A stretch of 40,115 bases of DNA from Candidatus Bathyarchaeota archaeon (GCA_963733095.1 CAVTBV010000015.1:1-40115); one strand, 5' to 3'; positions 20,292-31,823 are shown, counted from the stretch's first letter. Numbers and translations are program-made. The notes: generated by a model not told the origin, from the sequence alone.

Positions 20292-21425
20292 ATGACAGAG
20301 ACATCAGAGAAAGTTGTTACTCGTGGACTGAGAAATGTTCATGCGGCTGAAACTAAAATTAGTTTTGTAGACCCTGAAGGTGCCCTCTATTATTTAGGCT
20401 ACAACATTGATGACCTTGTAGAATATGTATGCTATGAAGAAGTGGCGTATTTATTAATCAACAAAAAATTACCTACAAAAAAAGAATTGGTTGAATTTCA
20501 GGATCTTCTTGAGTCGGAGATGAACCTTCCAGATGCAACCATTAAAAGCCTTGAATCTACATCAAAAAACTGTCATCCGATGGAAGTTTTGCGAACAGAG
20601 GTTTCTCGGCTAAGCCAATATGACCCTGACTACAACGATAATTCGGAACTTGCAAACAAAAGAAGAGCCACTCGTTTGGTAGCTATGGTTCCTGCTTTGG
20701 TGGCTGCCATTTACAGATTGCGCAAAAGCCAGAAACCCCTTGTTGCAGTGAAGGAATTTGGTTTCGCTGAAAATTTTCTTTACCTGTTCCGTGGAATCCC
20801 CGCGGATGTTGAAGAGAAAAATGCCATTGACCGCTTTATGACGTTGCACGCTGACCATGGTTTTAACGCATCAACCTTTGCAGCCCGCGTTACAGCAAGC
20901 ACCAACTCAGACGTGTATTCAGCGGTAACTTCTGCTATTGGAACCCTTAAAGGTCCCCTGCATGGAGGAGCCAGCGAGAAAGTGATGCACATGCTGGACG
21001 ACATAAACACTGAAGAAGAAGTGGAAGAGTATATACAAAGCATGTTGAATGATCAAAAAAAGATAATGGGCTTTGGTCATAGAATGTACAAAACAGAAGA
21101 TCCGAGAACCAAGCATCTAAGAGGCATAGCTGAACTGTTATGCCGCCACAAAAACTCTTTAAAAATCTATAATTTATCTCTTAAAATTGAGAATGTGGTT
21201 CATGAGAAAAAGAAGATTTTTCCCAACGTAGATTTCTACGCGGCGGTAACGTTGAACACGCTGGGAGTTTCCTCTGAGTTCTTTACTCCGTTTTTTGCGT
21301 CAAGCAGAATCTCTGGGTGGGTAGCACACATATTGGAGCAATACGACGATGCTGTTTTGCTACGCCCATCATCGAAGTATGTGGGTGAATTCGAGAAACC
21401 GTTTATTCCAATCGAAAAACGATGA
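20292..21425 (+). CDS. Citrate / 2-methylcitrate synthase
   Basis: LHADHGFNASTF, GPLHGGA, MGFGHR.YK..DPR, PNVDFY. Confidence 0.95.
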   Translation: MTETSEKVVTRGLRNVHAAETKISFVDPEGALYYLGYNIDDLVEYVCYEEVAYLLINKKLPTKKELVEFQDLLESEMNLPDATIKSLESTSKNCHPMEVLRTEVSRLSQYDPDYNDNSELANKRRATRLVAMVPALVAAIYRLRKSQKPLVAVKEFGFAENFLYLFRGIPADVEEKNAIDRFMTLHADHGFNASTFAARVTASTNSDVYSAVTSAIGTLKGPLHGGASEKVMHMLDDINTEEEVEEYIQSMLNDQKKIMGFGHRMYKTEDPRTKHLRGIAELLCRHKNSLKIYNLSLKIENVVHEKKKIFPNVDFYAAVTLNTLGVSSEFFTPFFASSRISGWVAHILEQYDDAVLLRPSSKYVGEFEKPFIPIEKR

Positions 21426-21548
21426 GTGAAAGTCGATTGGACTTAAGCCCTTTTCCTCTTTGGCAAGTAGTTTATTTCAAGGAGGCTTATTAAGCAAGAG
21501 CTATCTTCTGCGCTTATACGCAAGGGTCCTTATGTATTACTCTTTTTC

Positions 21549-22346
21549 TCAATAGATATTGATTGCACGATGGTTGTGCCAAGCTTTCCTGAAGTTTTCT
21601 TCGTAGAATTCAGTTATGTTCCTGCTATTCGTCCAAAAAACATTTGGATAACCGCGTTGAGTTACTTTTTTTCTGATAATCCACAGTTGTTCATGGTCAA
21701 AAATCTGGTAGGGTAAGGATTTGCTTTTGTGAATAAGCTTAACTGCGAAGTCGCCTTGGTGGGGTTTAATCTTTTCAAGCGTCTGCTTTACTAAATCGTC
21801 GTTTTTGAGGTTTTCTACAATAATTCTGATCTTTGCTTGCCTTCTTGCAATCAACTTAAAATTCTCAGAAAAGGTATCGGCTAAACGTGTAATCAGGTCT
21901 AAATTCGTAACCCAATCAAATTCATTCCGCAGGTTTTTGAAGGCTAAATCTCTCATATGGGCTATTTCGGAATCGGTTTTTAGCAGAATAAACTTTCTTT
22001 CTTGTTCAAGCGTTTTCTTCTTCTTTAGCGTCTGTTGCTTTCTCAATTGATCTGTTAGTTCTTTAAGGTTGGTTTCTAAGCGAGAGATTCTTTCGTTTGC
22101 TTTCTTCCTTTCGGCGGAAGCTATGCTCATTAGGCACTGTTCTACAGGAATAGCTTGGATTATGAAGGGCTCATCTATGGTCTTTGTTATTAATCCCATT
22201 TTTTCAAGTTTATACAATATCTTGTAGATGTCTTGGCGAAATAGCTGGGTGGATTCTGCAATTTCGCTCACGCATGTTGATTCGCTTTGGACTATCCTGA
22301 AATACACTTTGGCTTGGTTGACTGTAAACCCACATTCGTTAAACAT
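21549..22346 (-). CDS. TrmB-family transcriptional regulator
   Basis: G.T..QAKVY..., RQDIYKIL..LEKMGLI HTH, coiled coil, C-terminal effector domain (QIFD..LW). Confidence 0.85.
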   Translation of the reverse strand: MFNECGFTVNQAKVYFRIVQSESTCVSEIAESTQLFRQDIYKILYKLEKMGLITKTIDEPFIIQAIPVEQCLMSIASAERKKANERISRLETNLKELTDQLRKQQTLKKKKTLEQERKFILLKTDSEIAHMRDLAFKNLRNEFDWVTNLDLITRLADTFSENFKLIARRQAKIRIIVENLKNDDLVKQTLEKIKPHQGDFAVKLIHKSKSLPYQIFDHEQLWIIRKKVTQRGYPNVFWTNSRNITEFYEENFRKAWHNHRAINIY

Positions 22347-22601
22347 TTTGGCTAAGTCTTTTTCCGTGTTCCAATTCCTCGGTCTTAAAAGCTAAATAAG
22401 CTATGGACACGCTTACCTTGTGCGTCTTTAAGCTTGTATTATGCTGTATCTTAATAATTTTGCGTTTTTTTTCATAGTGTTGCCAGTGGTCCCCTTTCCA
22501 CTAAGCCTTTTATGTAAAAATTGTGTACACTCCTTGCTTCAATGATGAGTTCAAGTCTAATCTTGTCCTCACCAGAAAAAAATAAAGGAGATAAGAAAAA
22601 T

Positions 22602-25310
22602 TTGTACAAATCAAATGGAAAGACTTTAGCTATTTTGACAGCGATAATTCTAACAATCTCAATAGGAACACCAATGGCACTGCTTCCCCAAGCTTCCGCG
22701 CAAACACGATCATTCCCGACACTTGCATTCATTAATGTAGCTCCCAACCCAGTGGAAGTTGGACAAAGAGTGACAGTTAACTTCTGGCTTGCTGTACCAT
22801 TGCAAAACGTACAATTTGCACATAACATGACAGTTGTTGTAACGAAACCTGACGGTACTACTGAAAAATTAGGGCCATTTACATCTGACTACACAGGCGG
22901 CACAACTACTTCTTACATACCAGACACAGTCGGCAACTACACGTTCCAATTCTTCTACGGTGGAGAAACACTCGGCGTTGGAGAAACATCTGGCTTTACT
23001 GGCGACGTTGAACTACCAAGCCAAAGCAGTATAGTAACGCTTGTAGTTACACAATCATCACCAGCATCTTATTACCCCGTTACTCCGCTTCCCACAAGCT
23101 ACTGGCAAACCCCCGTTAACGCTGAAAACGTACAAAACTGGTACAACATAACTGGACCATGGCTCGGATTAGCAGCAAACGCATTTGGCAATACTGGTGC
23201 TTACAATGACTCAGGAAACTATAATCCATTCACAACAGGACCAACCACAGCGCACGTCCTTTGGACCAAGCCCTGGGCAGTCGGAGGAGTAGCTGGTGGA
23301 GACGCTGGCGGAAGTGAAACAAGCAATTACTGGTCAACCTCACAGTACGAGCCTAAATGGAACCCAGTCGTAATGGACGGCATAGAATACTCTACTTGGT
23401 ACACAACAACCACGGGATACAGCAATGGCATAGTTGCAACAAACCTATACAACGGACAAACCATGTGGATACTAAACACAACCAACCCATTAGTCGGCGG
23501 TATGCAAGTCAATTTCCAGACAGTTAACCAATACGGCGTTGTCGGACCCTACATCATAACCACAGGAAATCTACCTGGAGTTGTCAACGCTCCACGAGCA
23601 GGCGAATACAACCTATACGATGCATTAACAGGCACATACGTTTGCAGCATTGTCAACGGCACCACACCCGGCGCAGGCTTTGCAGGCGGCTTCATGACAA
23701 ACGATGCTAACGGAAACTGGGTAGGCTACTACGTAAACAGCACTTTCGGTAGCCCCGAAGTTGTTCATCCAGCTCCAGGAGTCAGCGAAGTTGTAAACAA
23801 CACCGGACCTTCGATGAATGCTTGGAACATGACTCAGGCACTAGGACTCTACGGAACCCAAACCATCGGCAGCCAATGGACCATACGCTCAGGCAGCGTA
23901 TTTGCATTCGACGACGGCTTAATGTGGTCAAACCCATCAGTACCTACTACCTATGACGGCAACAACCTGGGCGCAGTCAACACACTTAGCAACACAGGCG
24001 GACTCAACGGCGGCGGACTAAGCGAAGGACAAATTGCAAGCAACGTTATAGTCCTAACCTACGGCTTCGGCGCAGGCATTAATGGAGCAACCTCAGTCGG
24101 AGAATCACCTGGATGGGCAATCGAAGCAGGATTTAGCCAAACTGACGGCTCAATGCTCTGGGTCAAAAACCAGACAGAGACACCTTTCACAAGAATCAGC
24201 GAAAACTTCTACAACCTTGCAGGCGACGGAATATATGTTGAAGTCAACATGGCAACATTCGTTACAACTGGATACAGCCTAGACACAGGCAAACAAGTAT
24301 GGCAAAACACTCTTACTGTCAACGGTGAAGCTCCAAACAGCTATGACGTCTTCGGCATCCAAGCAATTGTTGATTCATCACACGGCGTAATTTACCTCTG
24401 GGGCTTAGGCGGAGACATATGGGCAGTCGACATGTCAAACGGTAATATCATTTGGTCAACGAGCACAACCACACTTCAAGGAACCCCTGGCTATGAAACT
24501 CCTTATGCCGTTTGGCCTATATGGGTCCAGTACGGCGGAGTAATGGCTGGCCAAAACAATGTTCTATACGTCTCTGAAGGCCACGAATACAGTCCACCGC
24601 TATTTCACGGGGCACAACAACTAGCCATAAACGCCACAAACGGGCAACTACTATGGAGTGTTCTAGGCTTTGACGACACAGCCGGAGAAGTCTCATACGG
24701 TATCATGACGACGTTTAACTCGTACGATAGCCAAGTATACGCTTACGGTCAAGGACCAACCGCAACCACTGTTGACGCACCACAAGTCGGCGTTACAAGC
24801 GGGACACCAGTCACCATAAGAGGCACAGTTATGGATGTCTCAGCAGGTGCATCTCAGCAAGCAGTCGCAGCAAACTTCCCCAACGGGCTTCCAGCAGTCT
24901 CAGACGACAGTCAGAGTCAATGGATGGAATTCGTTTACATGCAACAACCATGCCCAACCAACGTTACCGGCGTTCCAGTCACATTAACCGCAATTGATCC
25001 CAACGGAAACCTCATCACACTCGGCAGCACCACCAGCGATGCAAGCGGCATGTTCACATACACTTGGACACCCCCAACTGTTCCAGGCTCCTACACAATC
25101 ACCGCTAACTTTGCAGGCTCAGGCGCATATTACGGATCAAGTAGCGAGACATCAATGTACGTCGGTTCACCAGCATCACCCAACCCAACAGCAACATCCC
25201 CCAGCCAAGCAACAACTCAATCATATATCTTAGACACAGGCATCGCAACCATAATTGTTGTAATCATAATCGGCGCAGTACTAGCAATTCTGATGATGTG
25301 GAAACGGTGA
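22602..25310 (+). CDS. Large cell-surface protein with PQQ-like beta-propeller repeats and a C-terminal TM anchor
   Basis: Signal peptide, repeated ...TG..(I/V/L)W motifs, Ig-like C-terminus, TM + KR tail; TTG 22602 follows AAAGGAG. Confidence 0.88.
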   Translation: MYKSNGKTLAILTAIILTISIGTPMALLPQASAQTRSFPTLAFINVAPNPVEVGQRVTVNFWLAVPLQNVQFAHNMTVVVTKPDGTTEKLGPFTSDYTGGTTTSYIPDTVGNYTFQFFYGGETLGVGETSGFTGDVELPSQSSIVTLVVTQSSPASYYPVTPLPTSYWQTPVNAENVQNWYNITGPWLGLAANAFGNTGAYNDSGNYNPFTTGPTTAHVLWTKPWAVGGVAGGDAGGSETSNYWSTSQYEPKWNPVVMDGIEYSTWYTTTTGYSNGIVATNLYNGQTMWILNTTNPLVGGMQVNFQTVNQYGVVGPYIITTGNLPGVVNAPRAGEYNLYDALTGTYVCSIVNGTTPGAGFAGGFMTNDANGNWVGYYVNSTFGSPEVVHPAPGVSEVVNNTGPSMNAWNMTQALGLYGTQTIGSQWTIRSGSVFAFDDGLMWSNPSVPTTYDGNNLGAVNTLSNTGGLNGGGLSEGQIASNVIVLTYGFGAGINGATSVGESPGWAIEAGFSQTDGSMLWVKNQTETPFTRISENFYNLAGDGIYVEVNMATFVTTGYSLDTGKQVWQNTLTVNGEAPNSYDVFGIQAIVDSSHGVIYLWGLGGDIWAVDMSNGNIIWSTSTTTLQGTPGYETPYAVWPIWVQYGGVMAGQNNVLYVSEGHEYSPPLFHGAQQLAINATNGQLLWSVLGFDDTAGEVSYGIMTTFNSYDSQVYAYGQGPTATTVDAPQVGVTSGTPVTIRGTVMDVSAGASQQAVAANFPNGLPAVSDDSQSQWMEFVYMQQPCPTNVTGVPVTLTAIDPNGNLITLGSTTSDASGMFTYTWTPPTVPGSYTITANFAGSGAYYGSSSETSMYVGSPASPNPTATSPSQATTQSYILDTGIATIIVVIIIGAVLAILMMWKR

Positions 25311-25544
25311 TAAACAAAATATCAAACACAATTTTCCTCCCTTTTTTAGTCAAAAAATCTGTAGCAAAATAGGGGCTGAGAAGGCTCTGGTTAAGAATTC
25401 ACGAAATAGCCATAGTATCGTGATAGAGCGTTTTTGCATTTTCGCTCTTTCTCCTTTAATTCGGTCCAGAGCCTCAGCAAACCCCTAGTTCATTCCTGCT
25501 TTTTGTTAAGGTTATGTTATCCTCCTATTTAGCTTATCCAAACT

Positions 25545-25558
25545 TGGCGGCGGGGAGG
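25545..25558 (+). repeat. Degenerate copy of tRNA 3' end (possible old att scar)
   Basis: TGGCGGCGGGGAGG versus TGGCGGGCGGGGAGG at 40096 (1-nt deletion). Confidence 0.45.
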
Positions 25559-25666
25559 AAAGGCGAAAAAGTATCATAAACGATATTGATACGTAAGACC
25601 TACTTAGAGAAAAGAATAGCTTTTGCCTTAATAAAAGAAAAAAGCAAGGGGCACTGTAATATTGCC

Positions 25667-25873
25667 TTAGCTTCCTTCAACAACGAAGGCTATTTTGACT
25701 ACTGCTCTGTATTCTGCAATTTTGTTGTTTTCCACTGTTGCTTTGCAGCTTTTGACATAAACAGATTTGATGTTTTTAATTGTTTTAGCCGCTTGTGCCA
25801 AAGCACTCTTAACAGCATCTTCCCAATCATTTGGTGAAGTTCCAATTAACTCAATTATTTTCACAACAGCCAT
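25667..25873 (-). CDS. Dodecin family flavin-binding protein
   Basis: KIIELIGTS...WEDAV..A...A.KT...YR..VKIAF. Confidence 0.92.
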   Translation of the reverse strand: MAVVKIIELIGTSPNDWEDAVKSALAQAAKTIKNIKSVYVKSCKATVENNKIAEYRAVVKIAFVVEGS

Positions 25874-26136
25874 TTATTTTACTCTCCAATAACTATTAAC
25901 CCAACAAGCGAATTAGAACATGTGTGACTACAAAAGGATACAACAAAACGATATTGAGAAGTAAGAGCATTTGGGATTGAAAATAACTTTATAAAATTTA
26001 TGATAATCAATAAGTCAACAAAATTGCTCTAATCATGTCAAAAATTAGCGAGCATTCATGATAATAGAAAACAAGCAGAAATATCTAGATATATGTTTTC
26101 AATAACCAATAATAATAACCAAAGAGGGAGTAAGAA

Positions 26137-27114
26137 CTGCTAGAACAATTTGGACTAATTGGAAACATTGCTGTTCTTATTTTGTCACTTGTTATTTTAA
26201 TGAAGGCTAGCAGTTGGGCTATCACTAATTCAGTTAAGTTGGCTAGCATAACTGGTTTAGGAAAAACAAAAATTGGATTCATACTTGTTGCCTTCTCAAC
26301 ATCTCTTCCAGAACTTTTTGTTGCGATATTTGCCGCCGCCAATCCAGAGACAATTGGCATTTCAGTGGGCAACGTTTTAGGATCAAACATAGTGAACATT
26401 TGTTTGGTACTCGGCGTCGGCTTACTTATTATGGCATTTAAGTTTCCTGAAAGTGGAGGGTTTTTTACCAGAATGGCTAAAGATGAAGTGGGAAATCTTA
26501 ATTTTGGACTTTTCATTGCGTCAATTGTTCCTTTGATCTTGCTCTATTTTGGCTCTGCAAACCAAATAGTGGGCGCTTTACTTATCGCACTCTTCGTTTA
26601 CAATATGTATGAACTAATTAAGAAGAGAGAAACAGTGGAAGAAATTTCCGATACAGCAGAAAAACGTGAACTTGGAAAATACTTGTTCAAATCTGTCTTG
26701 GGGATAATTGGAGTTGTTGGCTGCGCCTATTTTATTGTTGACTCTGCCTCTTTTTTGGCTTTAAGTGTCGGTATTCCCCCAGTTATTGTAGGAGCTACTG
26801 TGATAGCTTTTGGAACTAGTGTTCCAGAACTTGCAACAAGCATAGAATCTATTAAGAAAGGCTTCATGGACCTTGCAATTGGAAACATCATTGGCAGTTG
26901 TTTCATAAATATTACCTTAATTTTGGGATTCACTTTGATCCTATCACCCTTTAACGTAAACATATCAGCTTTTTCAGATTTGATTATCTTTTCATTAATA
27001 ACTAACGTTATCTTATGGTATATCTTGCAGAATACTAAAGTGAGCAAGAGAGAAGGAGCAATATTGCTTGCACTTTACATAATATTTTTAGTAATTGGCT
27101 TTAGTGGAAGTTAA
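26137..27114 (+). CDS. Sodium/calcium exchanger family antiporter (YrbG-like); probable CTG start
   Basis: Two alpha repeats TSLPE..GNVLGSN and TSVPE..GNIIGS. Confidence 0.92.
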   Translation: MLEQFGLIGNIAVLILSLVILMKASSWAITNSVKLASITGLGKTKIGFILVAFSTSLPELFVAIFAAANPETIGISVGNVLGSNIVNICLVLGVGLLIMAFKFPESGGFFTRMAKDEVGNLNFGLFIASIVPLILLYFGSANQIVGALLIALFVYNMYELIKKRETVEEISDTAEKRELGKYLFKSVLGIIGVVGCAYFIVDSASFLALSVGIPPVIVGATVIAFGTSVPELATSIESIKKGFMDLAIGNIIGSCFINITLILGFTLILSPFNVNISAFSDLIIFSLITNVILWYILQNTKVSKREGAILLALYIIFLVIGFSGS

Positions 27115-27446
27115 TGTCAAGCGTTTAAAGCTAAATCCATTTTACAAACAAGACTAAATTTGAGCTCTAAATCAGTAATAAAGGCAGGTCGGAATTTGAC
27201 CTGCTCCATGGTGCTCGTAAGATGCTAAATATTCTTTGGTTAATGCTAAATCGGCATAAGGTCCAGCTTCAACACGCCAGGATAAGCAAAAATCTGAGAG
27301 TCTAAAGCTACTGACTTTATGCCGTTTTCTGCTCCGTGAGTAGAACTAAAGGCAGAATAATTCTATATGTACTTTAGAATAGGCAAGCTTAACGAAGACT
27401 CAACCTTCAACCAAGCGTAGAAATATCATAATTGCTTCCATAGTCA

Positions 27447-27793
27447 TGGTTGGGCTTATAATATCATCGATTGGGGCAGTAATAATATACAGCCAATCTA
27501 CTACTATCGAACTAACCTTCCTCTCAACAGACCAAACGTATGTAACAGGGAAGCAGTTCTCAAATCAACATTGAAATAACTTCAATTGATAAAGCTGAGA
27601 ATGTGCCGTGGCCAGTAATGTGGGTTTAAGCAGTACGAACTCCACGTTTGAGCCTTCTGTAGGAATGTTTGAGGTGCTCTAATTGTCACTGTGCCTGATT
27701 CTATTCCAACAGGCAACTATTCAATTACTATAACTGCATTTAGTAATGAGCAAGAAGAGAACGCTTCTTTGGTTGTTTTGGTTGTTCTTGTAA
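27447..27793 (+). pseudogene. Decayed secreted Ig-like domain protein
   Basis: Fragments in shifting frames: MVGLIISSIGAVIIY..., and LIVTVPDSIPTGNYSITITA...ASLVVLVVL. Confidence 0.5.
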
Positions 27794-28264
27794 TTGCTGC
27801 CGCAACAGTATCGGTGAGGGCGAATAGCCTTCCCCTTAGTGCTTTCCCTACAATTTGATTTTTTTTTGAATAAGGATCCTAAAACTTTAGCAAGTGTAGT
27901 TTCATTTAGTTAATTTTCCTGCTTCAAGAATTAACACTAATTTAGCGCATAATTTTTTTCTTCTTTGGTTGTAAGTGTATTGATAGTAGCTACAGGAAAT
28001 CAGAGAAAGAAAGACAAAATTTAATCCCGCCCAATTTTTTTTGACAATATCTTACCTCCAAGCCAAAACCTCAGGAGAATCTGAACTAACAGTTTCTAAA
28101 CCAATCCGGCTAACAAAATCTTATTAAAGGATGTTTGCAATACAACCTTTAGGAAAAATTTTTCATTTTGGTGTATTAATTATGAGTAAGAATTCTGTCA
28201 GACCAGACTATGAAAAGCCATTAGTTTTTTCTGTCGCAGCATTTTTGAAGGGGGGTGAAAAAAG

Positions 28265-30052
28265 TTGTTAAAAATTAAATCTTTTGCATTTTCAGCAATC
28301 TTTTTAATAATACTTTGTTTATCAATCAATTTCGTGGCGGTTGCTTCCGCACAAACAACAGTACCTGTTCCAAATGCGTTAGTCTCAGCTTCAGGAGATG
28401 TGACTTCCAGCTCAGGATCTGATATAACTGATTCCCAAGGACACTACAGTATTACTTCTTGGCTTGACACAGACACTTACTCAGTAACAGCGTCAGCAAT
28501 AGGCTTCATAGACACCACTGTTAACAACATCGCCGTTACAGCTGGCGCAGAGACTCCCAACGTGAACATTATGATGCCGATTTCGGGAGGAATATCCGGA
28601 AAGGTAACTGACGCAATATCTAATGCTCCAATATCATCAGCCATTTTGACAGCCACTAACACTACGGGAGGCAGCGAGGGCAGCTATGCAATCACGGACT
28701 CCAATGGGAATTACCAGATTATAACCAACCTTGCAACTGGAACCTATAATATCACCGTAACCTTCCTTTCAGGCTACATTGATAAGACCTTAACTTCTGT
28801 CTCTGTTACTGCTGGAGTAATGACTTCCAACATTAATTTTGCCATGCAGCGTTCTGGAATAATCACTGGAACCATAAGAGATTCAGTGTCGAATGTTGTC
28901 CAGCCAGATGTTTCTGTTGAGGCAATAGATTCTAACGGAGACTTTGTGTCCTTTGGGTCATCGGATTCTTCAGGAATCTACACTTTAGATACAAACCTTG
29001 CGACTGGAACCTACAATGTGACGATACTGTTTCCAACAAATCACATAGGGAAGACTATCTCCGGAGTCTCTGTTACAGCAGGATCAACAACAACGCAAAA
29101 TATGCTGATCGATCCATCCGGAATTATTTCGGGAAGGATAACATCGAGTGGACAAGGATTGCCTAATGTTTCTGTATTTGCCTCTTCGGACGATTCAAAG
29201 TATTTCGGCTCTGCTACCACCGATGCTAACGGTAACTATCAAATAGTTACTGGACTAGGCACCGGAACCTACACAGTCTTTGCATCGTACCAATCTTCTT
29301 TCAATGAAGTTACCGGCGTTAGTGTCGCAGCAGGCCAAACTACAAGTGGAGTCGATATGACTTTAACAGTGACACCAACTGGATCAATCAGCGGAAAAGT
29401 CACAAGCACGCAAGGAGGCACTGGAATCGCAGATGCGTATGTAGATGCTGAATCAGGCAGTGACTCCGGATCGACCTATACAGACAGCTCAGGCAACTTT
29501 GTCATAACAGACTTGTCAGCAGGAAGTTACAACGTGACAGCCTCCGCAACAGGATACACGTCTCAGAGCCAGAACCCAGTGGCGGTAACCGTAAACGTCG
29601 TCACAACCGGCATCAACTTCCAATTGACGGCAAAAGCTTCAGGAATAATCAGCGGCACCATACTAACGAATGGTACACCTCTGCCAACTCCCACCCCAAC
29701 TCCTTCTCCCTCGGCTAGTCCATCTCCATCTCCGACTCCAACAGCTTCACCAACTCCAACATCAGCGCCAACTTCGACTCCCTCTCCAACACCAACTCCG
29801 ACTTCAACCATCTCGCCAACCATTTCACCAACAATTTCTCCTACCGCTACCCCTCGTCAACCTACTCCAACTCCAGTGACCAGCCCAACCGCATCTCCCA
29901 CATCAACTATTTCACCAACCCCCACTCCAACCGTACCGGAATTTAATACATGGTCGCTTATTTTCGTGGCGCTACTAATTACAGCTGCAACAGCAATAGC
30001 GTTTAGAAAATCCATTCATATGCACCCTTATTCAAAGAGCGCTACAAAATAG
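28265..30052 (+). CDS. Surface protein with tandem carboxypeptidase-regulatory-like repeats, Pro/Thr/Ser linker and PEF-CTERM sorting signal
   Basis: About 5 repeats G.ISG.VT...TD..G.Y....L.TGTYN.T; PT-rich stalk; VPEF-TM-RK. Confidence 0.9.
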   Translation: MLKIKSFAFSAIFLIILCLSINFVAVASAQTTVPVPNALVSASGDVTSSSGSDITDSQGHYSITSWLDTDTYSVTASAIGFIDTTVNNIAVTAGAETPNVNIMMPISGGISGKVTDAISNAPISSAILTATNTTGGSEGSYAITDSNGNYQIITNLATGTYNITVTFLSGYIDKTLTSVSVTAGVMTSNINFAMQRSGIITGTIRDSVSNVVQPDVSVEAIDSNGDFVSFGSSDSSGIYTLDTNLATGTYNVTILFPTNHIGKTISGVSVTAGSTTTQNMLIDPSGIISGRITSSGQGLPNVSVFASSDDSKYFGSATTDANGNYQIVTGLGTGTYTVFASYQSSFNEVTGVSVAAGQTTSGVDMTLTVTPTGSISGKVTSTQGGTGIADAYVDAESGSDSGSTYTDSSGNFVITDLSAGSYNVTASATGYTSQSQNPVAVTVNVVTTGINFQLTAKASGIISGTILTNGTPLPTPTPTPSPSASPSPSPTPTASPTPTSAPTSTPSPTPTPTSTISPTISPTISPTATPRQPTPTPVTSPTASPTSTISPTPTPTVPEFNTWSLIFVALLITAATAIAFRKSIHMHPYSKSATK

Positions 30053-30499
30053 AAATATTCCTCTTTTTTCTCTTTTTATTTTTTTGCAAATGATTTAGTA
30101 TATGGAATCAGCAAAACTTAAGTATATTCTGTATTAAGACACATCTGTTAATAGAGGATTTGGAATTATGGACCGCACATATGTACTACCCTGCCGGAAA
30201 GCAAGTTTTAAAATTCTGCTTTAATATGGTTTAAAGGTTTACAACAAAGTGAATTAACCAAAGATTTAGCCAAACCATGCCAATCCACCTTTTTAATGTT
30301 CTTATTAGCGTTTATAATTGTTATAGTGATTGGTATTTTAATTTGGAAATTTACAACTTCAAAAAAATCATAAAACAAAGATGCATGTAGTTCATTTTAA
30401 AAGGAAATCGATCTAGCCGAATTTCAATGTACCAATAGATAAAATCCAAATGGATAACCTATTACACAAGGCTTGTCGCCCAACAGCAAACGAAGAGTT

Positions 30500-30521
30500 T
30501 GGCGTGCGGGGAGGGATTTGA
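30500..30521 (+). repeat. att-like direct repeat of the tRNA 3' end
   Basis: TGGCGTGCGGGGAGGGATTTGA; 19/20 identical to 40096-40115. Confidence 0.8.
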
Positions 30522-30759
30522 TCCTATGCTCTAAGAGAGATTTCACCCAAAAATCCCTTTTTTTCTTGTTTATAACAAAATACTAAAATTTTTCTTAATT
30601 TCAACTAAGGATTGCAGATTATACGAACGGTATCCTCTATCGTGCTTCCTGTGGGAAGACTCATCAATCCTGGAATATCCAATAGACGGATGGCGGATTG
30701 GCGATTGGTTTCCGCAATAATATATTTGGCGCTCCTCCTTGCCAGCATCACTTACAGCT

Positions 30760-30889
30760 AAGGTATTCCAAAATCGGGAAGTATGGAGGAAACTGAGTCT
30801 TCCGCCAAATATCTTATTATCGGAACCTGCAAATAAATAATAATATTCAAGCTGTTTGTCTCTATGCCGCCTGTTTTTCGGAAGACCTT
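30760..30889 (+). repeat. ~130-bp palindromic cassette-boundary element R1
   Basis: AAGGTATTCC...CTTCCG..TTATTATCGGAACC...CTAT...GGAAGACCTT. Confidence 0.8.
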
Positions 30890-31281
30890 TGCCCAGTACA
30901 GTGTTTTTTGCTTGGAAAACTTTTCTAAAAAGGGTTTTTGCAGCTAGATTGCCCATAATCCTCATGTGAGGTGTTCCAGGCTAGCTGGTTTGCCCTGGCC
31001 TTTTACCTAGGCTTCTTATAATTTAGTTATTGGGTTTTTGGAGGCGTGTCTTTGTTGAGTCATGTTTTTATTGTTTGTTGGGCCGCTTTGGATAGTCGCC
31101 TTTTTTGCCTCCGAATTGTTCTGCGGTTTTTCTGAGTTGTCTGGGATGTCAATGTTGTTGCGGCCCAATTTTCTTCATTTGTTTTTGCTGGTTAGATGTT
31201 GTTGAAGTAAGCGAGTGGCCAATTTTTGTTTTTGATTTTTCTGTTTGTCATGTTTTGTTCCCGCTTATTCACATTAGTATA

Positions 31282-31322
31282 TAAGTGTATACATGCTTAT
31301 AAGTGTATGTGTTTAAGTGTAT
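31282..31322. promoter_or_regulatory. Triple direct repeat TAAGTGTAT, candidate operator
   Basis: Copies at 31282, 31300 and 31314. Confidence 0.5.
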
Positions 31323-31365
31323 AAAATGTCCATTGACTCTGCAATGTACGCTGTTTTCGGGCATG

Positions 31366-31497
31366 AAGGCCTTCCGTCGATTGGGGGATATAGTGGGAAA
31401 GGTTTTCACGCTTTAAGCTTATCATCAGAACCTATAAAATACAATAATTATTTTTGAATCTGACTTATCCTATGGCGCCCGATTCGTGGAAGACCTT
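31366..31497 (+). repeat. ~130-bp element R2
   Basis: AAGGCCTTCC...TTATCATCAGAACCTATAAAAT...TGACTTATCCTATGG...GGAAGACCTT. Confidence 0.9.
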
Positions 31498-31508
31498 TTG
31501 CTTTTAAC

Positions 31509-31823
31509 TCATTTCTGCCTTTGACCCACTATAGTGCAATTCGTAGCTAAAGCCGCTATGGCTCCAATCGCGGCAAGCCAGGGAACTAGGACAATTCCTA
31601 TAACTCCGACTGTAACGGGAATGTCGAGCAGAGTTTTGCCTTCTTCGCTCTTTATAGTTATTCGCCTGACATTTCCTTCATGAAACAATTCTTTGACTTT
31701 CTGGACCAAGTCTTCAGAGGAAACAGAAAAGCTCTCTTCCTCCATTCCAATGGGTGTTCCGCAGTTTGGGCAGAATTTCGTGTCGTCAGATATCTCTTTT
31801 CCACATTTATTGCAAAATGGCAT
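31509..31823 (-). CDS. Zinc-ribbon + DUF4342 domain protein
   Basis: FCNKCG...FCPNCG; LV.KVKEL.HEGNVRRI.IK...LLDIP.TVG. Confidence 0.88.
   Translation of the reverse strand: MPFCNKCGKEISDDTKFCPNCGTPIGMEEESFSVSSEDLVQKVKELFHEGNVRRITIKSEEGKTLLDIPVTVGVIGIVLVPWLAAIGAIAALATNCTIVGQRQK

Noticed and set aside
22542-22574. tRNA-like GTTCAAGTC...CTCACCA and a C-box-like ATGATGA
   Set aside because: No cloverleaf and no matching D box; lies in the leader of the surface-protein gene.
27184-27204. Hairpin GCAGGTC-N7-GACCTGC after the antiporter
   Set aside because: Single short inverted repeat with no T-tract or second copy; unrelated to the 130-bp family.
29680-29935. Pro/Thr/Ser-coding quasi-repeats (also 32990-33140)
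   Set aside because: Ordinary low-complexity linkers of surface proteins, not DNA-level repeat elements; the overlapping antisense ORFs are shadows.
30570-30965. 131-aa minus-strand ORF
   Set aside because: Runs straight through repeat R1 and has no recognisable motif; likely spurious.
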